From positions 10,540,001-10,604,000 of the forward strand of contig NC_043022.1 in the NCBI RefSeq assembly GCF_006345805.1: DNA of 64,000 nucleotides, in the 5' to 3' direction. Numbering within the stretch: position 1 is the first letter of the stretch; every line of letters starts with the position of its first letter. Position numbers and translations under genes: made by a program. This stretch comes from Octopus sinensis. Lineage: Eukaryota. The notes under the pieces were generated by a model. That model worked only from the letters and a program-made list of their open reading frames with translations, was not told the origin of the DNA and ran no database searches. Shown piece by piece: positions 1 through 12,356 of this stretch.

Positions 1-231
1 ATTGCATGGACTTTGGACATGGCCCCTTCTCCTGGAACTAGAAAGATATTCTAAAAAAAAAACCCCAAACATCCGTTGCTACAAAAGCATTGTTGTGATT
101 CATGGGCTAGATTGGCCTAGTTTTAAATAAAATGTTCCCATTTTATTTCTCTTTTTAATCTTCAAAAAATAACTTCCACTTATTCTTTCCAGGTTTTTTG
201 CTTATTTTACTTTATTTTCTTTACCCACCAG

Positions 232-326
232 GCAAATGCTATTTATAATATCATCGCTGATATTATTAGCCGTCTCTCAGATCCTGAAATAGGAGTTGAG
301 AAAGCCTCTTTCCAAACCATTCTCAA
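232..326 (+). CDS. NCAPD2: Condensin I subunit CAP-D2, internal coding exon (first visible; gene starts upstream of window)
   Basis: ccaccag acceptor and gtaagt donor; encodes ANAIYNIIADIISRLSDPEIGVEKASFQTILK, resembling the NAIYN..PDIISRLSDP motif of the CAP-D2 C-terminal HEAT region; phase joins exon 665-745. Confidence 0.93.
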
Positions 327-664
327 GTAAGTTGAAAAAGATATATATTAATCACTTTAATTGCAAAAGGGGTGAGTCGTACCATAAATGGATGAATCAC
401 TGTTGCTCTTTATGTGCCACTGGCACGGGAGCCAATCAATGGGTACTGGCATCAACCATGTTTGGATGGTGCTTTTTACATGGGGGAGCCAATCAGGTGG
501 CACTAACATCAACCCACATGTTTTCTAACATAAATGCCAGGACCCCAAATATGGTAGCAGGAGGAAATAGTTATGTTGGCTTCAGAAGAATGAAAAGCTA
601 AGTCAACTTCAACCATATTTGGAATGCTGCTAATTGAATCTTGTGTTTTTTTTTTCTTTTTCAG

Positions 665-745
665 ATTTTTGTTCTCTTTTGTCCAAAAAGGCAAGCAAAC
701 AGAAAATTTGGCTGAGAAGTTGTGTCAGAGATTCCGTGTAACATC
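665..745 (+). CDS. NCAPD2: CAP-D2 coding exon
   Basis: tttcag/gtaagt boundaries; FLFSFVQKGKQTENLAEKLCQRFRVTS resembles the KQTE.L.EKLCQRF motif of CAP-D2. Confidence 0.94.
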
Positions 746-1083
746 GTAAGTAGCTTCTTAATATTTCTTGCAAGCTTGTGGTGGTGGTGGTGGTGGCAAC
801 GCTTTCTAGTTTTTGTGCCTCATGTCAACACCAATAAAAAGGACTTGTGACATGATCAAAGGCACTTCAGCCTTGACCATCCCGTCCATTATTTTTTCTA
901 TGGCGGTGAAATATAAGTTGATAGTAAAGCTTGAGGTATGTGGCAAATATTTACACCAATTTTCTACTATCAGCATTTCAAAAGATGTGGCTGGTCTTAC
1001 TTATGCCTTCACTATTCAGAACAAATCATTTGAGAGAGTTGAGTAGTCTAATAGCTGGTTATTGGACTCTCGTACATTGAAAC

Positions 1084-1488
1084 CAGGGACGTGCTGCCTG
1101 GGTAGTCAAGGTAGGCAGTGCCTACTCTGAATAAAATAGATTGATAGTAACATTTTCCTTTTATAGCATAATATGCACCTAATTCAATAAAATTATGAAG
1201 GTTACTCTGATTACTATGTGTAAAATGCAAAATATTTTTTATTTTTTTGTAGATTAGGTAGGCATAATTCCCCCCTGCTCTTTCAATCTCAGTATTAAAG
1301 CTACGCATAGTACTGCTGCAGTACACATGCTGCGTACATTCCTACAACAAAGTTTTCTTTACGTGCTATAAAGGCAGAAATAAATCTGCCTCCAACTCGG
1401 TAATGCACCTGTGTTTCGCTTATTTTTTTGTGTTTTTTATTACATCACCAACTGCCTACCCTGAGTAATTACTGATGGAACGTGCCTG
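1084..1488. mobile_element. Non-autonomous DNA transposon (hAT-like MITE) in NCAPD2 intron
   Basis: Ends CAGG(G/C)ACGT...ACGTGCCTG, inner perfect IR GGTAGGCAGT/ACTGCCTACC, 8-bp flanks ATTGAAAC/GTTGAAAT (6/8). Confidence 0.5.
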
Positions 1489-1537
1489 GTTGAAATCCAC
1501 TGAAGAATCTATGTATAATATACAAACATGTGTGTTA

Positions 1538-1860
1538 TCATCGTCATTGTTTAACATCTGCCTTCCATGCTGGCATGGGTTGGACAGTTTGACAGGAGCC
1601 GGCCAGGCATAAGCCTGCACCAGACTTCTGTGTCGGTGTTAGCAAGGGTTTCCAGCTGTAAAAACCCTGCAAAAACAAATTACCCAGTAGAGTGGACTGA
1701 GCGCTTTTGACATGACACAAGCACAGGCAAGGTCAGTTTTGGCAAGGATTTTACAGCTGGATGCCCTTACAAATGCCAACCACTTCACAGTGTGAACTGG
1801 GGGCTTTTTAAGTGGCACCTGCACTGACAGGGTCACCAAGTAACTTTGCAAGACAAGAAA
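1538..1860 (-). mobile_element. RTE LINE 3'UTR fragment
   Basis: Similar to 61081-61490 (catcgtttaac..ttccatgctggcatgggttgg..ggatgcccttcctaa..ccaaccac); further copies at about 4775-4915, 6640-6720, 7075-7280, 13620-13960, 28165-28452, 31462-31925, 43610-43810, 47445-47780. Confidence 0.75.
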
Positions 1861-2039
1861 CCTTTGAGAGGGGTGGGGGCGTTGGAGGAGGTCATCTTGT
1901 GTCAGGTGATGAATAGTTGGAGTGAGACAGGAATGGGTGTCTTGTAGAGGAGGTACAAGGTTACCCAGCCAGAGAGAAAAAGATCGGGAATGAGGACAGA
2001 AACAAGTATTCTAACGTAAAGGAGTGTATTTTGTGTAAT

Positions 2040-2465
<426 letters not shown>

Positions 2466-2518
2466 AGAGAGTATATTTGTATGCATGCGCACATAATTTT
2501 CACTTTCTCTTCTTCCAG

Positions 2519-2702
2519 GACGGAGCGTCAGTGGAATGATTTGGCATTTTGTCTGTCGTTGCTTACCTTCAATGAGAAATGTGTTCATAAGCTGCAGGAT
2601 AACTTCAACTGTTACTCAGACAAACTGGCAAATGACGAACTCTATGAACATATGCTGTCTATACTGAAAAAGGCCAGGACCCGTTGTAAGATAGAATTTA
2701 AG
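2519..2702 (+). CDS. NCAPD2: CAP-D2 coding exon
   Basis: ttccag/gtgagt boundaries; TERQWNDLAFCLSLLTFNEKCVHKLQDNFNCYSDKLANDELYEHMLSILKKARTRCKIEFK (TERQ..DLA.C and DNF.C..DKL motifs). Confidence 0.94.
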
Positions 2703-3124
2703 GTGAGTTTGGTATCAGAAAATTACTATTTGTAATTCTCACAACAAGAGATATTCAGCAACAGTACTTTAGAGTAATGATTGTTTGCCAACATAACATG
2801 GTAGTCCTGGTTTAGGACGAATGTTGCTGTAATTTAGCCCCAGGAGACATCATCACCAACTGGCTATAGGACATGATTGGTGTCCTTATATTTTCAAACA
2901 AGGGAATCTGGCATCCCTAATCAGCTCAAAACAGTATCTGTGTATTGCGATTTCTGGTACACAGATATTTCTAGGGTCTACTTTGTCTCTTCATCCTTTG
3001 GGGTTCAATAGACTAATTACCATTTGAAGCATTGGGGTCGAAGTAATCAATTAATCCCTCCCTGACAAAATTTCATGTGTAGTGCCTGTAGCAGAATTAT
3101 TATTATTATTATTATTATTATAAA

Positions 3125-3334
3125 CCCTTTAGTGTTCAGATTATTCTGTCAAATGTAATGCTTATTTATTCACATTGATTCAAATTAATCCTGAATTATC
3201 TCATAGCTTCAAGATTCTAATTATGTGATAGTTTAATTTTAGAATAATATTGTAGGGTAAATGTGAGAGGTCAGTTTGAACATAAGATGGGTAGAACTTT
3301 TGGGCCGGATATGGCCAGTTTAAATGCTTAAGTG
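3125..3334. mobile_element. TTAA-type (piggyBac-like) MITE, degenerate copy
   Basis: Homologous to 58078-58306 (CCCTTTAG...CTAAAGGG flanked by TTAA). Confidence 0.55.
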
Positions 3335-3561
3335 TTAAGAGCAATGGACATCAGAATGGTCATAATAACTGATAAGTGCTAGAACACATGCACTATATAT
3401 ATATATATATATACATTCATTCCTGCATGCATGCACTCACATACTTGATGGACTTAGTTTCTATTTCTGAAATCCACTCAGCTCAGTTTTGTCAATCATC
3501 TATGTTGATAATTTTTTTACTAGTGTTTTTGGTTTCTTTTTTAAATTTTATATTTGTTCAG

Positions 3562-3721
3562 ACTACCATTGATGAGATTGAAGCCCAGATAACTCAGTGC
3601 CATACCAAGGGACTTGATGAAGCAATTGCAGAGAAGGGTTTTGTGTTTAAGACACCTGCAAAAGCTCCAGCGAAGTCCAAAAAGAGAAGCTCTAGTGTCA
3701 GCTTAAAGACTCCAAAACAAA
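3562..3721 (+). CDS. NCAPD2: CAP-D2 coding exon
   Basis: ttcag/gtaagc boundaries; TTIDEIEAQITQCHTKGLD matches the IDE.E.....CH..GL end of the conserved region, followed by a basic tail; phases compatible on both sides. Confidence 0.9.
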
Positions 3722-3763
3722 GTAAGCTTTATGTGTGGTCACTTACAATATTTGATGATGCCT

Positions 3764-3977
3764 GGTAAGTTCATCATCATCAATTCATTGCAGGCAAAGT
3801 TCACCACAAAGTAAGTTAAGAGAGATAAGTTCACCGTAAAAGAATTTTTAAAAAACCTTATTTTTGAACTCTAATATGTTTAATCAACAGGTAGGAAACT
3901 TCACAGTGAAAAATTTCCTCATGGTGAATTGATGGCAGTGAACTCTCCTGCAATGAATTGATGATGATGAACTTACC
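3764..3977. mobile_element. Small foldback element/MITE
   Basis: Perfect 31-bp inverted repeat GGTAAGTTCATCATCATCAATTCATTGCAGG at 3764-3794 and 3947-3977, with internal agttcacc/gtgaa subrepeats. Confidence 0.65.
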
Positions 3978-5138
3978 TGTAATTATATTTGATGGTATAA
4001 AAGATGCACGTTTTTGACAAAGCCCCACCAAATATGTCTTTAAAAATTATCCCTGGCCCTATATGCGATTTTGGATCTTTAATGCATTAAAAACTATTTG
4101 TTTTTTGAGTATACACTACTGAAATTGGGATGTCTCTTTATACCACCAAATACGGTAAACATTTATAAACCTTTTTAATACTGTAGGGTTTTATGTGATA
4201 TTCACACTTGTTGGGTGCCATCATATCTCCTTACATAGTTGTAGAAAGTAGAAATAGCAGGAACACAAATCTCCAAACAAATAGCAATAATAATTTATTT
4301 TCGCCAAAATAAGCATTTCATCTCTGGACATTGGTAGCGTGGACACCTGGGTGGAAGCAGCCGAGATTTGTAGTTGGACACAAAATACGAAGACATTTTC
4401 ACAGACTCGTAACGTCGCTCGACGTCAGAATGCCAGCTCCACGGAGCTGGTCTCAGTCACGTCCTGTCTGGGGCCGAAGAGAGAGAATAGCGGTCAAGCC
4501 TAGCTGCTGCTGCTGATGATGATGATGACTGCGCATGAGGGGCTTCCGGAAGACTGATACTTGCGCATGCACAGATGAAAATCCCAAAATGGCATCACTA
4601 CAGTACCAACCTACTTGAGACTGCTCCTGCATCTATGATACAAATTCCATGTTTTAAAGTCTCTAATTTAGATAGGTTTTATATACAACCTATCAAAATT
4701 TCATGTTAATTTTGGTTCCAGATGTTAATGTAATAATATCAGTTATTTTACTAGATTCTTCATTATATTCAACATCATCATCATTGTTTAGCGTCCGCTT
4801 TCCATGCTGGCATGGGTTGGACGGTTCAACTGGAGTCTGGGAAGCCAGAAGGCTGCACCAGGCCCAGTCTGATCTGGCAATGTTTCTACGGCTGGATGCC
4901 CTTCCTAACACCAATCAGTTGACACAAAGGCAGTGTATTTCCACATAAACGTGGTGAGAAAAGAGTCAAGGATGCTGGGTTTTATCTTTTCTGTTGTTCA
5001 TGATTCCCGACTCAATTAAAAAGCCCATCTTGCAATTTTTATAGCCAACACCCTACACATGCGCGTGCACACACATGCATACACACATAAATACAGTATA
5101 AAATGTGTTGAGAAATAATTTTATTCATGTTGTTTCAG

Positions 5139-5225
5139 CTAAAGGTGTCTCATCGGAACATAGAGTTACTCCAAGAAAATCACAAAGGAAGAAGAATAAA
5201 GCTTCATATTTTTCAAGTGACAGTG
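5139..5225 (+). CDS. NCAPD2: CAP-D2 coding exon (basic/Ser-rich tail)
   Basis: tttcag/gtgagt boundaries, phase 1 to phase 1, open: KGVSSEHRVTPRKSQRKKNKASYFSSDS. Confidence 0.8.
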
Positions 5226-6060
5226 GTGAGTTTGTCCACTTTGCTGTCCTTTCATCCTCTCAGGGTCAATAAAATAAAGTAACAGCCAAGTGCTGGTGGG
5301 GGGGTCACTATAGTCAACTTTTCATTTCTTTTAAAATTGCTGGCCTTCAGAATAGTTGAAGCATCAGAGAAAATGCCTTGCTAGTTGTTTGGATTCTTTA
5401 GGTTTGGAGTTCAAATCCCACTGAAGTCAGTTTTGCCTTTTGTCCTTCAGTTACTAAAATAAAATACCAGTAAAGTACTGAGGTCAATATAATTGACTGT
5501 TCCCCCTCCAATCAAATTTCTAGCTTTATGCTTCTATTATTATTGATATTATCATCAATAAGGCGGGAAGCTGGCAGAATTGTTAGCTCACTAGACGAAA
5601 TGCTTAGCGGTATTTCATCTGCCACAACATTTTGAGTTCAAATTCCACCAAGGTCATCTTTACCTTTCATCTTTTCGAGGTCGATAAATTAAGTACTAGT
5701 TAAGTACTGGGGTCAGTGTGATCGACTGTACCCAACTCTCCACAAAAATCTAGACCATGTGCCTATAGTAAGAAGGATGATTATTATTATTATTATGGTG
5801 GTGATCTGGCAAAATGATCATGATGATGGTTCCCAGGGCACCTGTTGTTATAAAGATTGTTTGCTTTCACTCCCTGCATTCTAGTTATTTCTATTTACAT
5901 GTCTTTATATTTGGCTGGTTTCAAGGATATATTCTCTCAATTAGGAGATGCTTCTGTTTTTTTCCTGATTGTCTTTGGTTGGGAAAACAATATCCATTTC
6001 ATTTGCTTTGCTCACCCTTTCCAGAGAAAATCACACCCTGAATGCCTAGTGTGGGTATAT

Positions 6061-6430
6061 ACACACACACATGGTCTCTTTGTATGTGTGTGTGCATGCA
6101 CATAGTCTCTTTGTGTGTGTGTGTGTATGCATACATAGTCTCTCTGTGTGCATGTGTACATATACAGTCTTTGTGTGTGTGTATGTATGTGTATACATAT
6201 AGTCTCTTTGTGTGTGTGTGTTTAGATATATTGTGTGTAAGTGTATGCATTCATAGTCTTTGTGTGTGTGTGTACACATACATACTCTTTGTGTATATGT
6301 GTGTGTGTATACATACAGTCTTTTGGTTTTTGTGTGTATACATAGTCTCTTTGTGTATGTGCTTGTGTATAAATACATAGTCTCTGTGTGTGTCTGTGCA
6401 TACATAGTTTCCACGTGTGTGTGTGTATGT
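6061..6430. repeat. Minisatellite (catacatagtctctttgtgtgtgt-like units)
   Basis: About 25-35-bp degenerate units seen directly. Confidence 0.8.
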
Positions 6431-6727
6431 ATCCACTTTTCCATGCTCTCATGGGTTGGATGGAATCTTGTTTAAGATTTTCTACCGTCAGATGCCCTTC
6501 CTGCCACCAACCTCCACATAGTCTCTACAAGTTTCCAAGTAAGGTAATATTTCCCCATGATCAGACATATTTCCATGGAAGATTAGGAAAAGAGGACGTC
6601 GTTTGCATGACAAAGACGTTCATTTACTTATCACTCAATCATCATCATTATCGTTTAATGTCTACCTTCCATGCTGACATGGGTTGGACAGTTTGACGGG
6701 AGCTGACCAAGCAGAAGACTGCACGCG

Positions 6728-6760
<33 letters not shown>

Positions 6761-7451
6761 TGGGCTTCTTTCAGTTTCCATCTACCAAATCCACTTACAA
6801 GGCTTTGATCAGTCCAGGGCTATTGCAGAAGACACTTGCCCCAGGGGCCTCGCAGTGGGACTGAACCCAGAACCATGTAGTTGGGAAGCGAACTTCTCGC
6901 CACACAACCAGTCTGACACTTTTACATCACAGTAGCCTCAAGCTTTGTTTGATAGAAAATCATATAAAAAAAGGCAAATATAATGTCAGGGTATGGTCAA
7001 CAATTTGATACGTGCTTTGATTGTTGCTGCTGCTGCTTCTAAAAGTATTAATTTCCACCTTAGCACAAGACCACTCACTATCATCATCATCATCCTCCTC
7101 CAAAGTCTGTTTTCCATGCTGGCATGGGTTGGATGGTTTGACAGGAGCTGACCCACTGGAGGCCTGTCCGGGCTCCAATTGTCTGTTTCAGCATGGTTTC
7201 TATGGCTGGATGGCCTTCTTAATGCCAAACACTTTGGAGAGTGTGCTGGGTGCTTTTTACGTGACACCAACACTTGCAAGTCAAAGACCTCTCAGCTGAG
7301 AGAGGAGAAACCACCTCCTGCCTCTCCCTGATATGACTGGCATTCATTTTTTATCAATCCTTCTGAAATTTGAACTCAGAACATAAGCACATGACATTTC
7401 ATACACCACTCTGATCCCACCAATCCATTGGTTGTCTTACTACTTAGTTGA

Positions 7452-7667
7452 ACTCTTTTACTTGTTTCATTCATTTGACTGCGGTCATGCTGGAGCACCG
7501 CCTTTACTCAAGCAAATCGACCCTAGGACTTTTTCTTTGTAAGCCTAGTACTTATTCTATCGGTGTCTTTTGCTGAACCACTAAGTTACAGGGATGTAAA
7601 CACACCAGCATCGGTTGTTATGCAATGTTGGGAGGACAGACACACAAATATACACACACACACACAC

Positions 7668-7705
<38 letters not shown>

Positions 7706-7880
7706 TATCCATATAAACAACAGGCTTCTTTCAGTTTCCGTCTACCAAATCCACTCAAAGGCTTTGGTCGGCCCGAGGCTATAATAGAAGACACTTGCCC
7801 AAGGTGCCACGCAGTGGGACTGAACCCGGATCCATGTGGCTGGTAAGCAACCTACTTGCCACACAGCCACTCCTACGCAC
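7452..7880 (-). mobile_element. SINE family A, antisense in last NCAPD2 intron
   Basis: Full head-microsatellite-body organisation in reverse. Confidence 0.8.
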
Positions 7881-7926
7881 TCCTGTTTATTTAGTTTGGT
7901 TATTCATGTTTGTCTTTGTCTTTCAG

Positions 7927-8036
7927 ATGAAGAGAATCCACCCTCAGACGACAGCGATGATTTCATTCCATCTTCTAAAACACCCATCAAAAGAACAAGA
8001 TCAGCCAGGAAACGAGCCCTCACACCGATCAACTAA
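7927..8036 (+). CDS. NCAPD2: CAP-D2 terminal coding exon
   Basis: Pyrimidine-rich tttcag acceptor, phase 1 entry; DEENPPSDDSDDFIPSSKTPIKRTRSARKRALTPIN then TAA; acidic-then-basic tail like other CAP-D2 C-termini. Confidence 0.8.
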
Positions 8037-8426
8037 TTTACACAACTCACTGTTGTTGATGTTCACACTGTTCTCACATTCTCTCTCTTTCTCTCTCTCT
8101 CTCTCTCTGCTTATTTAATGTCTGTTTTCCCCACACTAGTATGGGTTAGGCAGAGAGATGTCTGAGGCAGCATTAGTTCATGTATATGTGTATGTATAGA
8201 ATTGTATGTACATGTATAAATGTGTGGGTGGGTGTGTGTATATGCATGTATGGATGTATGTACATGTATGTGTGCGTATATGCATGTATGGATGTATGTA
8301 CATGTGTGTGTGTGTGTGTATATATATGGATGTATGTACGTGTGTGTGTGTGTGTATATATATGGATGTATGTACGTGTGTGTGTGTATATATGTATGGA
8401 TGTATGTACATGTGTGTGTGTGTGTA

Positions 8427-9526
8427 TGCATGTATGGATGTATATACATTGTGTGTGTGTGTATGCATGTATGGATGTATGTACATTGTGTGTGTGTGTA
8501 TATGCATGTATGGATGTACGTACGTGTGTGTGTATTATGTATGTATTGGCAATTAGTAATTTTGGTTTTTTAGTGTGAAATAGAAGTAATTTTTTTTTTC
8601 ATACAAAGAATGAACCTTAATAATTATATATTTTCCATTTTGCTTGATGACCTTTTGCCATCTTTCTAGCGACTTCGATTCTACACTCATAGAACTTCTG
8701 GTCCTTATCAGCAAAAAACTGAAGCAAGTGCGATTTCAGGAACTTTTTGATACCACCTCATATATATCTGTGTGTGTGTGTGCACATATATCTCTGTGTG
8801 ATGTGTATATGCATATGTATGTGTGTGTGTGTGTGTGTCTGCATATATAGTTCTGTGTGTGTGCATATAAAATTTCTATGTATGAGTTGTTGGAACACAT
8901 TTGAGTGTTTGTGTCTGTGTGTATATATATATATGTGTGTGTGTGTGTGCCTGTATATATGTGTGTGTGTGTGTGTCTGCATGTATGGATGTATATACAT
9001 TGTGTGTGTGTGTATGCATGTATGGATGTATGTACATTGTGTGTGTGTGTATATGCATGTATGGATGTACGTACGTGTGTGTGTATTATGTATGTATTGG
9101 CAATTAGTAATTTTGGTTTTTTAGTGTGAAATAGAAGTAATTTTTTTTTTCATACAAAGAATGAACCTTAATAAATTATATATTTTCCATTTTGCTTGAT
9201 GACCTTTTGCCATCTTTCTAGCGACTTCGATTCTACACTCATAGAACTTCTGGTCCTTATCAGCCAAAAACTGAAGCAAGTGCGATTTCAGGAACTTTTT
9301 GATACCACCTCATATATATCTGTGTGTGTGTGTGCACATATATCTCTGTGTGATGTGTATATGCATATGTATGTGTGTGTGTGTGTGTGTCTGCATATAT
9401 AGTTCTGTGTGTGCATATAAAATTTCTATGTATGAGTTGTTGGAACACATTTGAGTGTTTGTGTCTGTGTGTATATATATATATGTGTGTGGTGTGTGTG
9501 CCTGTATATATGTGTGTGTGTGTGTG

Positions 9527-9530
<4 letters not shown>
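8427..9530. repeat. Tandem duplication, period 551-552 bp
   Basis: 8427-8977 and 8978-9530 nearly identical (ORF-track pair at 8644 and 9196). Confidence 0.9.
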
Positions 9531-9569
<39 letters not shown>

Positions 9570-10432
9570 TATATATATGTATGTATGTATGTGCATGTGT
9601 GTTATGTATGGTGAAGCCATTGAGTATATATGAGTGAGGAGAGCATGTGTGTATATGTCTGTGCACAAATGATCATCTTTGTGTGTGTGTAGGTGTATGT
9701 CTACATTTCTATTTTTTCTGTGGCCAGCTGAATCTACATCCACCAGATTGCATGCAAAAGCCTCTTATTATTTAACAATGCTAAATGCCCTTAACTTTGA
9801 ATATTTCTGGGACGACAAATCTGAAATGACTCAGAATTGTGTTTCTCTGGTAAATGGCAGAAGACATCAGCCTTGTGGCTCAAGGGACTAAAACCAATGA
9901 CATTACTTCTGAGTGAGTACATGTGTGATTTAAGTGGAAAAATTTGAGTTCAATATTCACTCATTCTAAATAACTGTTCAATGTTCACTTCTACTTTGAA
10001 TTATGTTTTTTGTTTTTTTTTTGTTTACTTTAACATTTTCATCATTTTTCTTGCTGGCATACATGTTTGTTTTTTGTTTTTGTTTGTTTTTTTGTTTTGT
10101 TTACTTTGTTCAACTAGTCAACCATCAAAACTTTTTCACTGCCAGATGTGTTTTTGTTGTTCCATGTAAGCAGACCACAATGGTTTGCATGACAACATTC
10201 AGATTTTCAACCATATTTTCATTAGTTCTAATATACCTTAACTTTGCAATCATTATATCATGTCAAAAAAATAAATCTCTTTTTTTTTTTTGTTTCAATT
10301 ACGCAATATTTATAATCTATTGAAATAAAAGTGAATATTTTTTATATCCAGTCAAATTTCTTTTCACTGATAACACATTATTCTACTTCATATTCTAATT
10401 GTGACAAAGATTTTATTGAAAAACATGTTTAA

Positions 10433-10814
10433 CCCTTCAGCTTTCAAACCAACCAGGTCCAGCCTTCCACACCTACCTTACAATATCGTTCTAAAAATAA
10501 TCACATTATCAAAATTTTGAAGCTATGAGATAATGCATGATTAACTCAAAACAATGTGAATAAATAAGCTTTATCTTTGAGAGAATAATCTGGATGCTAA
10601 AGGGTTAAACTATCCATGTCTGGGACCCAAATATTGTCCATGTTTTATGTTCAAACCATCCAGGTTCAGCCTTAAATGCCTACCCTACAATTTCATTCTA
10701 AAACTGAAGTGTCATCATTGAAATGACAAAGCTACAAGGTGATCCGTGATTGACTTAAAACAATGTGAATAAATAGGCATTGCATTTGACAAAGGAATCT
10801 TGAATCCTAAAGGG
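10433..10814. mobile_element. Two head-to-tail TTAA-type MITEs
   Basis: ttaa-CCCTT..ctaaAGGG-ttaa (10433-10604), followed by a second copy ending ctaaaggg-ttaa at 10814. Confidence 0.6.
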
Positions 10815-11068
10815 TTAAAACACAAATATTGTACCTGGATGGATCTTTTTGATATCAGCTCACCTGAGGCCGCCCCACCCTCCGTTTCTATGACACAAAT
10901 CTACTTTTTTTAGTGATTTGAATTATAGTCTTCCATCAAGATCTCGTGTTAATTTGTTCCAGACACCAGTTTAATTACAGGAAAGTTGATTAACTTCATT
11001 ATGTTTGTGTGTATGTTTCTCCCACCACCACTTAGCAACCAATGTTGGTGTGTGTGTGTGTGTGTGTG

Positions 11069-11245
11069 TTTTAAGTTAAGTTAAGTTAAGTTTTTGGCTC
11101 AAAAAGCAAAAAGCAAGGCCATGTAGGGGGGCATGGAGTTATGTACAGGGAAGGTGTTCATGCAAAGAGTTCAGGCCATTTCTGGTCAAGAGAGACTTTG
11201 AACCGAGCGGTCTTCAGCATCTTCACTATCTCGTCCGGCAGATTG
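11069..11245 (-). mobile_element. CR1-type LINE 3' fragment with (AACTT)n tail and 40-bp flanking duplication
   Basis: Minus strand NLPDEIVKMLKTARFKVSLDQKWPELFA-stop resembles the CR1 C-terminal WN.LP.EVV....FK..LD motif; identical 40-mers at 11018-11057 and 11246-11285. Confidence 0.7.
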
Positions 11246-11381
11246 TCTCCCACCACCACTTAGCAACCAATGTTGGTGTGTGTGTTTGTTTCCCATTACC
11301 ACTTAGCAACCAGTGTTGGTGTGTTTACGTCTCCATAACTTAGAGTTTTGTGCAAAAGAGACCAATGGAATAAATACCAGG

Positions 11382-11425
<44 letters not shown>

Positions 11426-11788
11426 ACTGGGGTTGAATCATTCAAGTAGAAATCCTTCAAGGTGGTACTCCAGCATGACTGCAGTCTAATGACTGAAACA
11501 AGGAAATGATAAAAGACAATTATTCCAAAAATTAACTGAAACAAACACGGCATATATCAACAGAAATATGATAACGAGTTAAATATTTTATTTCTAAACC
11601 ATATCATACCTCTTTTTAATGTCTGTCCCTTATAGTAGCCCTTGACATTTGCTACCATCCAAGTTAAGAACTACTGGCAGGAATGTGTGTATCTGGATGA
11701 TTATACTCTTCATGGAGCTCTATATTAATCCGTTGCAGTCAGACGAAATGAGATGTGTGTGTGTATATATATGAGATATGTGTGTGTG

Positions 11789-11831
<43 letters not shown>

Positions 11832-12178
11832 TCTTAAATCCTTAAAAATGTTTTAGCCCGAAGGCCTGTTCCGGTGTTTGCTAAATTTACTTGAGAACAT
11901 TCCTTTCTTAGTGGTATGACCATAGCGGATCTTCTAGCATAATGGATGTCCACTTACAAGTCATGGTTGCTCTTGCTGTTGTTTATTTATGATCAAGAAC
12001 ATGCCAGTCATGATCATCCTGTCCGTCTTTTAAACATTTCAGTCTGGGATTACACATTCAGTTAGTAGTAGTAACTGGTAAGATTTGAACTTGCGACTAT
12101 AAAATCAGTAGTCCAGAGTCTTAACCCAAACCAACACAAACAATAAACACAAAAAAAACAAATGTGTTCTCTGTTGTG

Positions 12179-12356
12179 TTAGTAGAGAGATGACTTGGAG
12201 ACTACGCTCACTATTGGTTCACATGAGGAGGCTGGAGTGGCAGTTAATTTAATTCTTGTTGAGTGTTTCTTGGCCAGCTTTCGACACCCGATTGCTTCAA
12301 GAAACGCACCTCTGAAACGGGAACCAGTCAAACAGTACATGCAGAAGTTGAGGCAC
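12179..12356 (-). CDS. Class A GPCR coding exon 2 (end of TM7, helix 8, C-tail)
   Basis: ttttctaaacag acceptor; completes R then CLNFCMYCLTGSRFRGAFLEAIGCRKLAKKHSTRIKLTATPASSCEPIVSVVSKSSLY-TAA; N-F-x-x-Y and G..FR are typical TM7/H8 motifs of this receptor group; total 394 aa. Confidence 0.9.
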
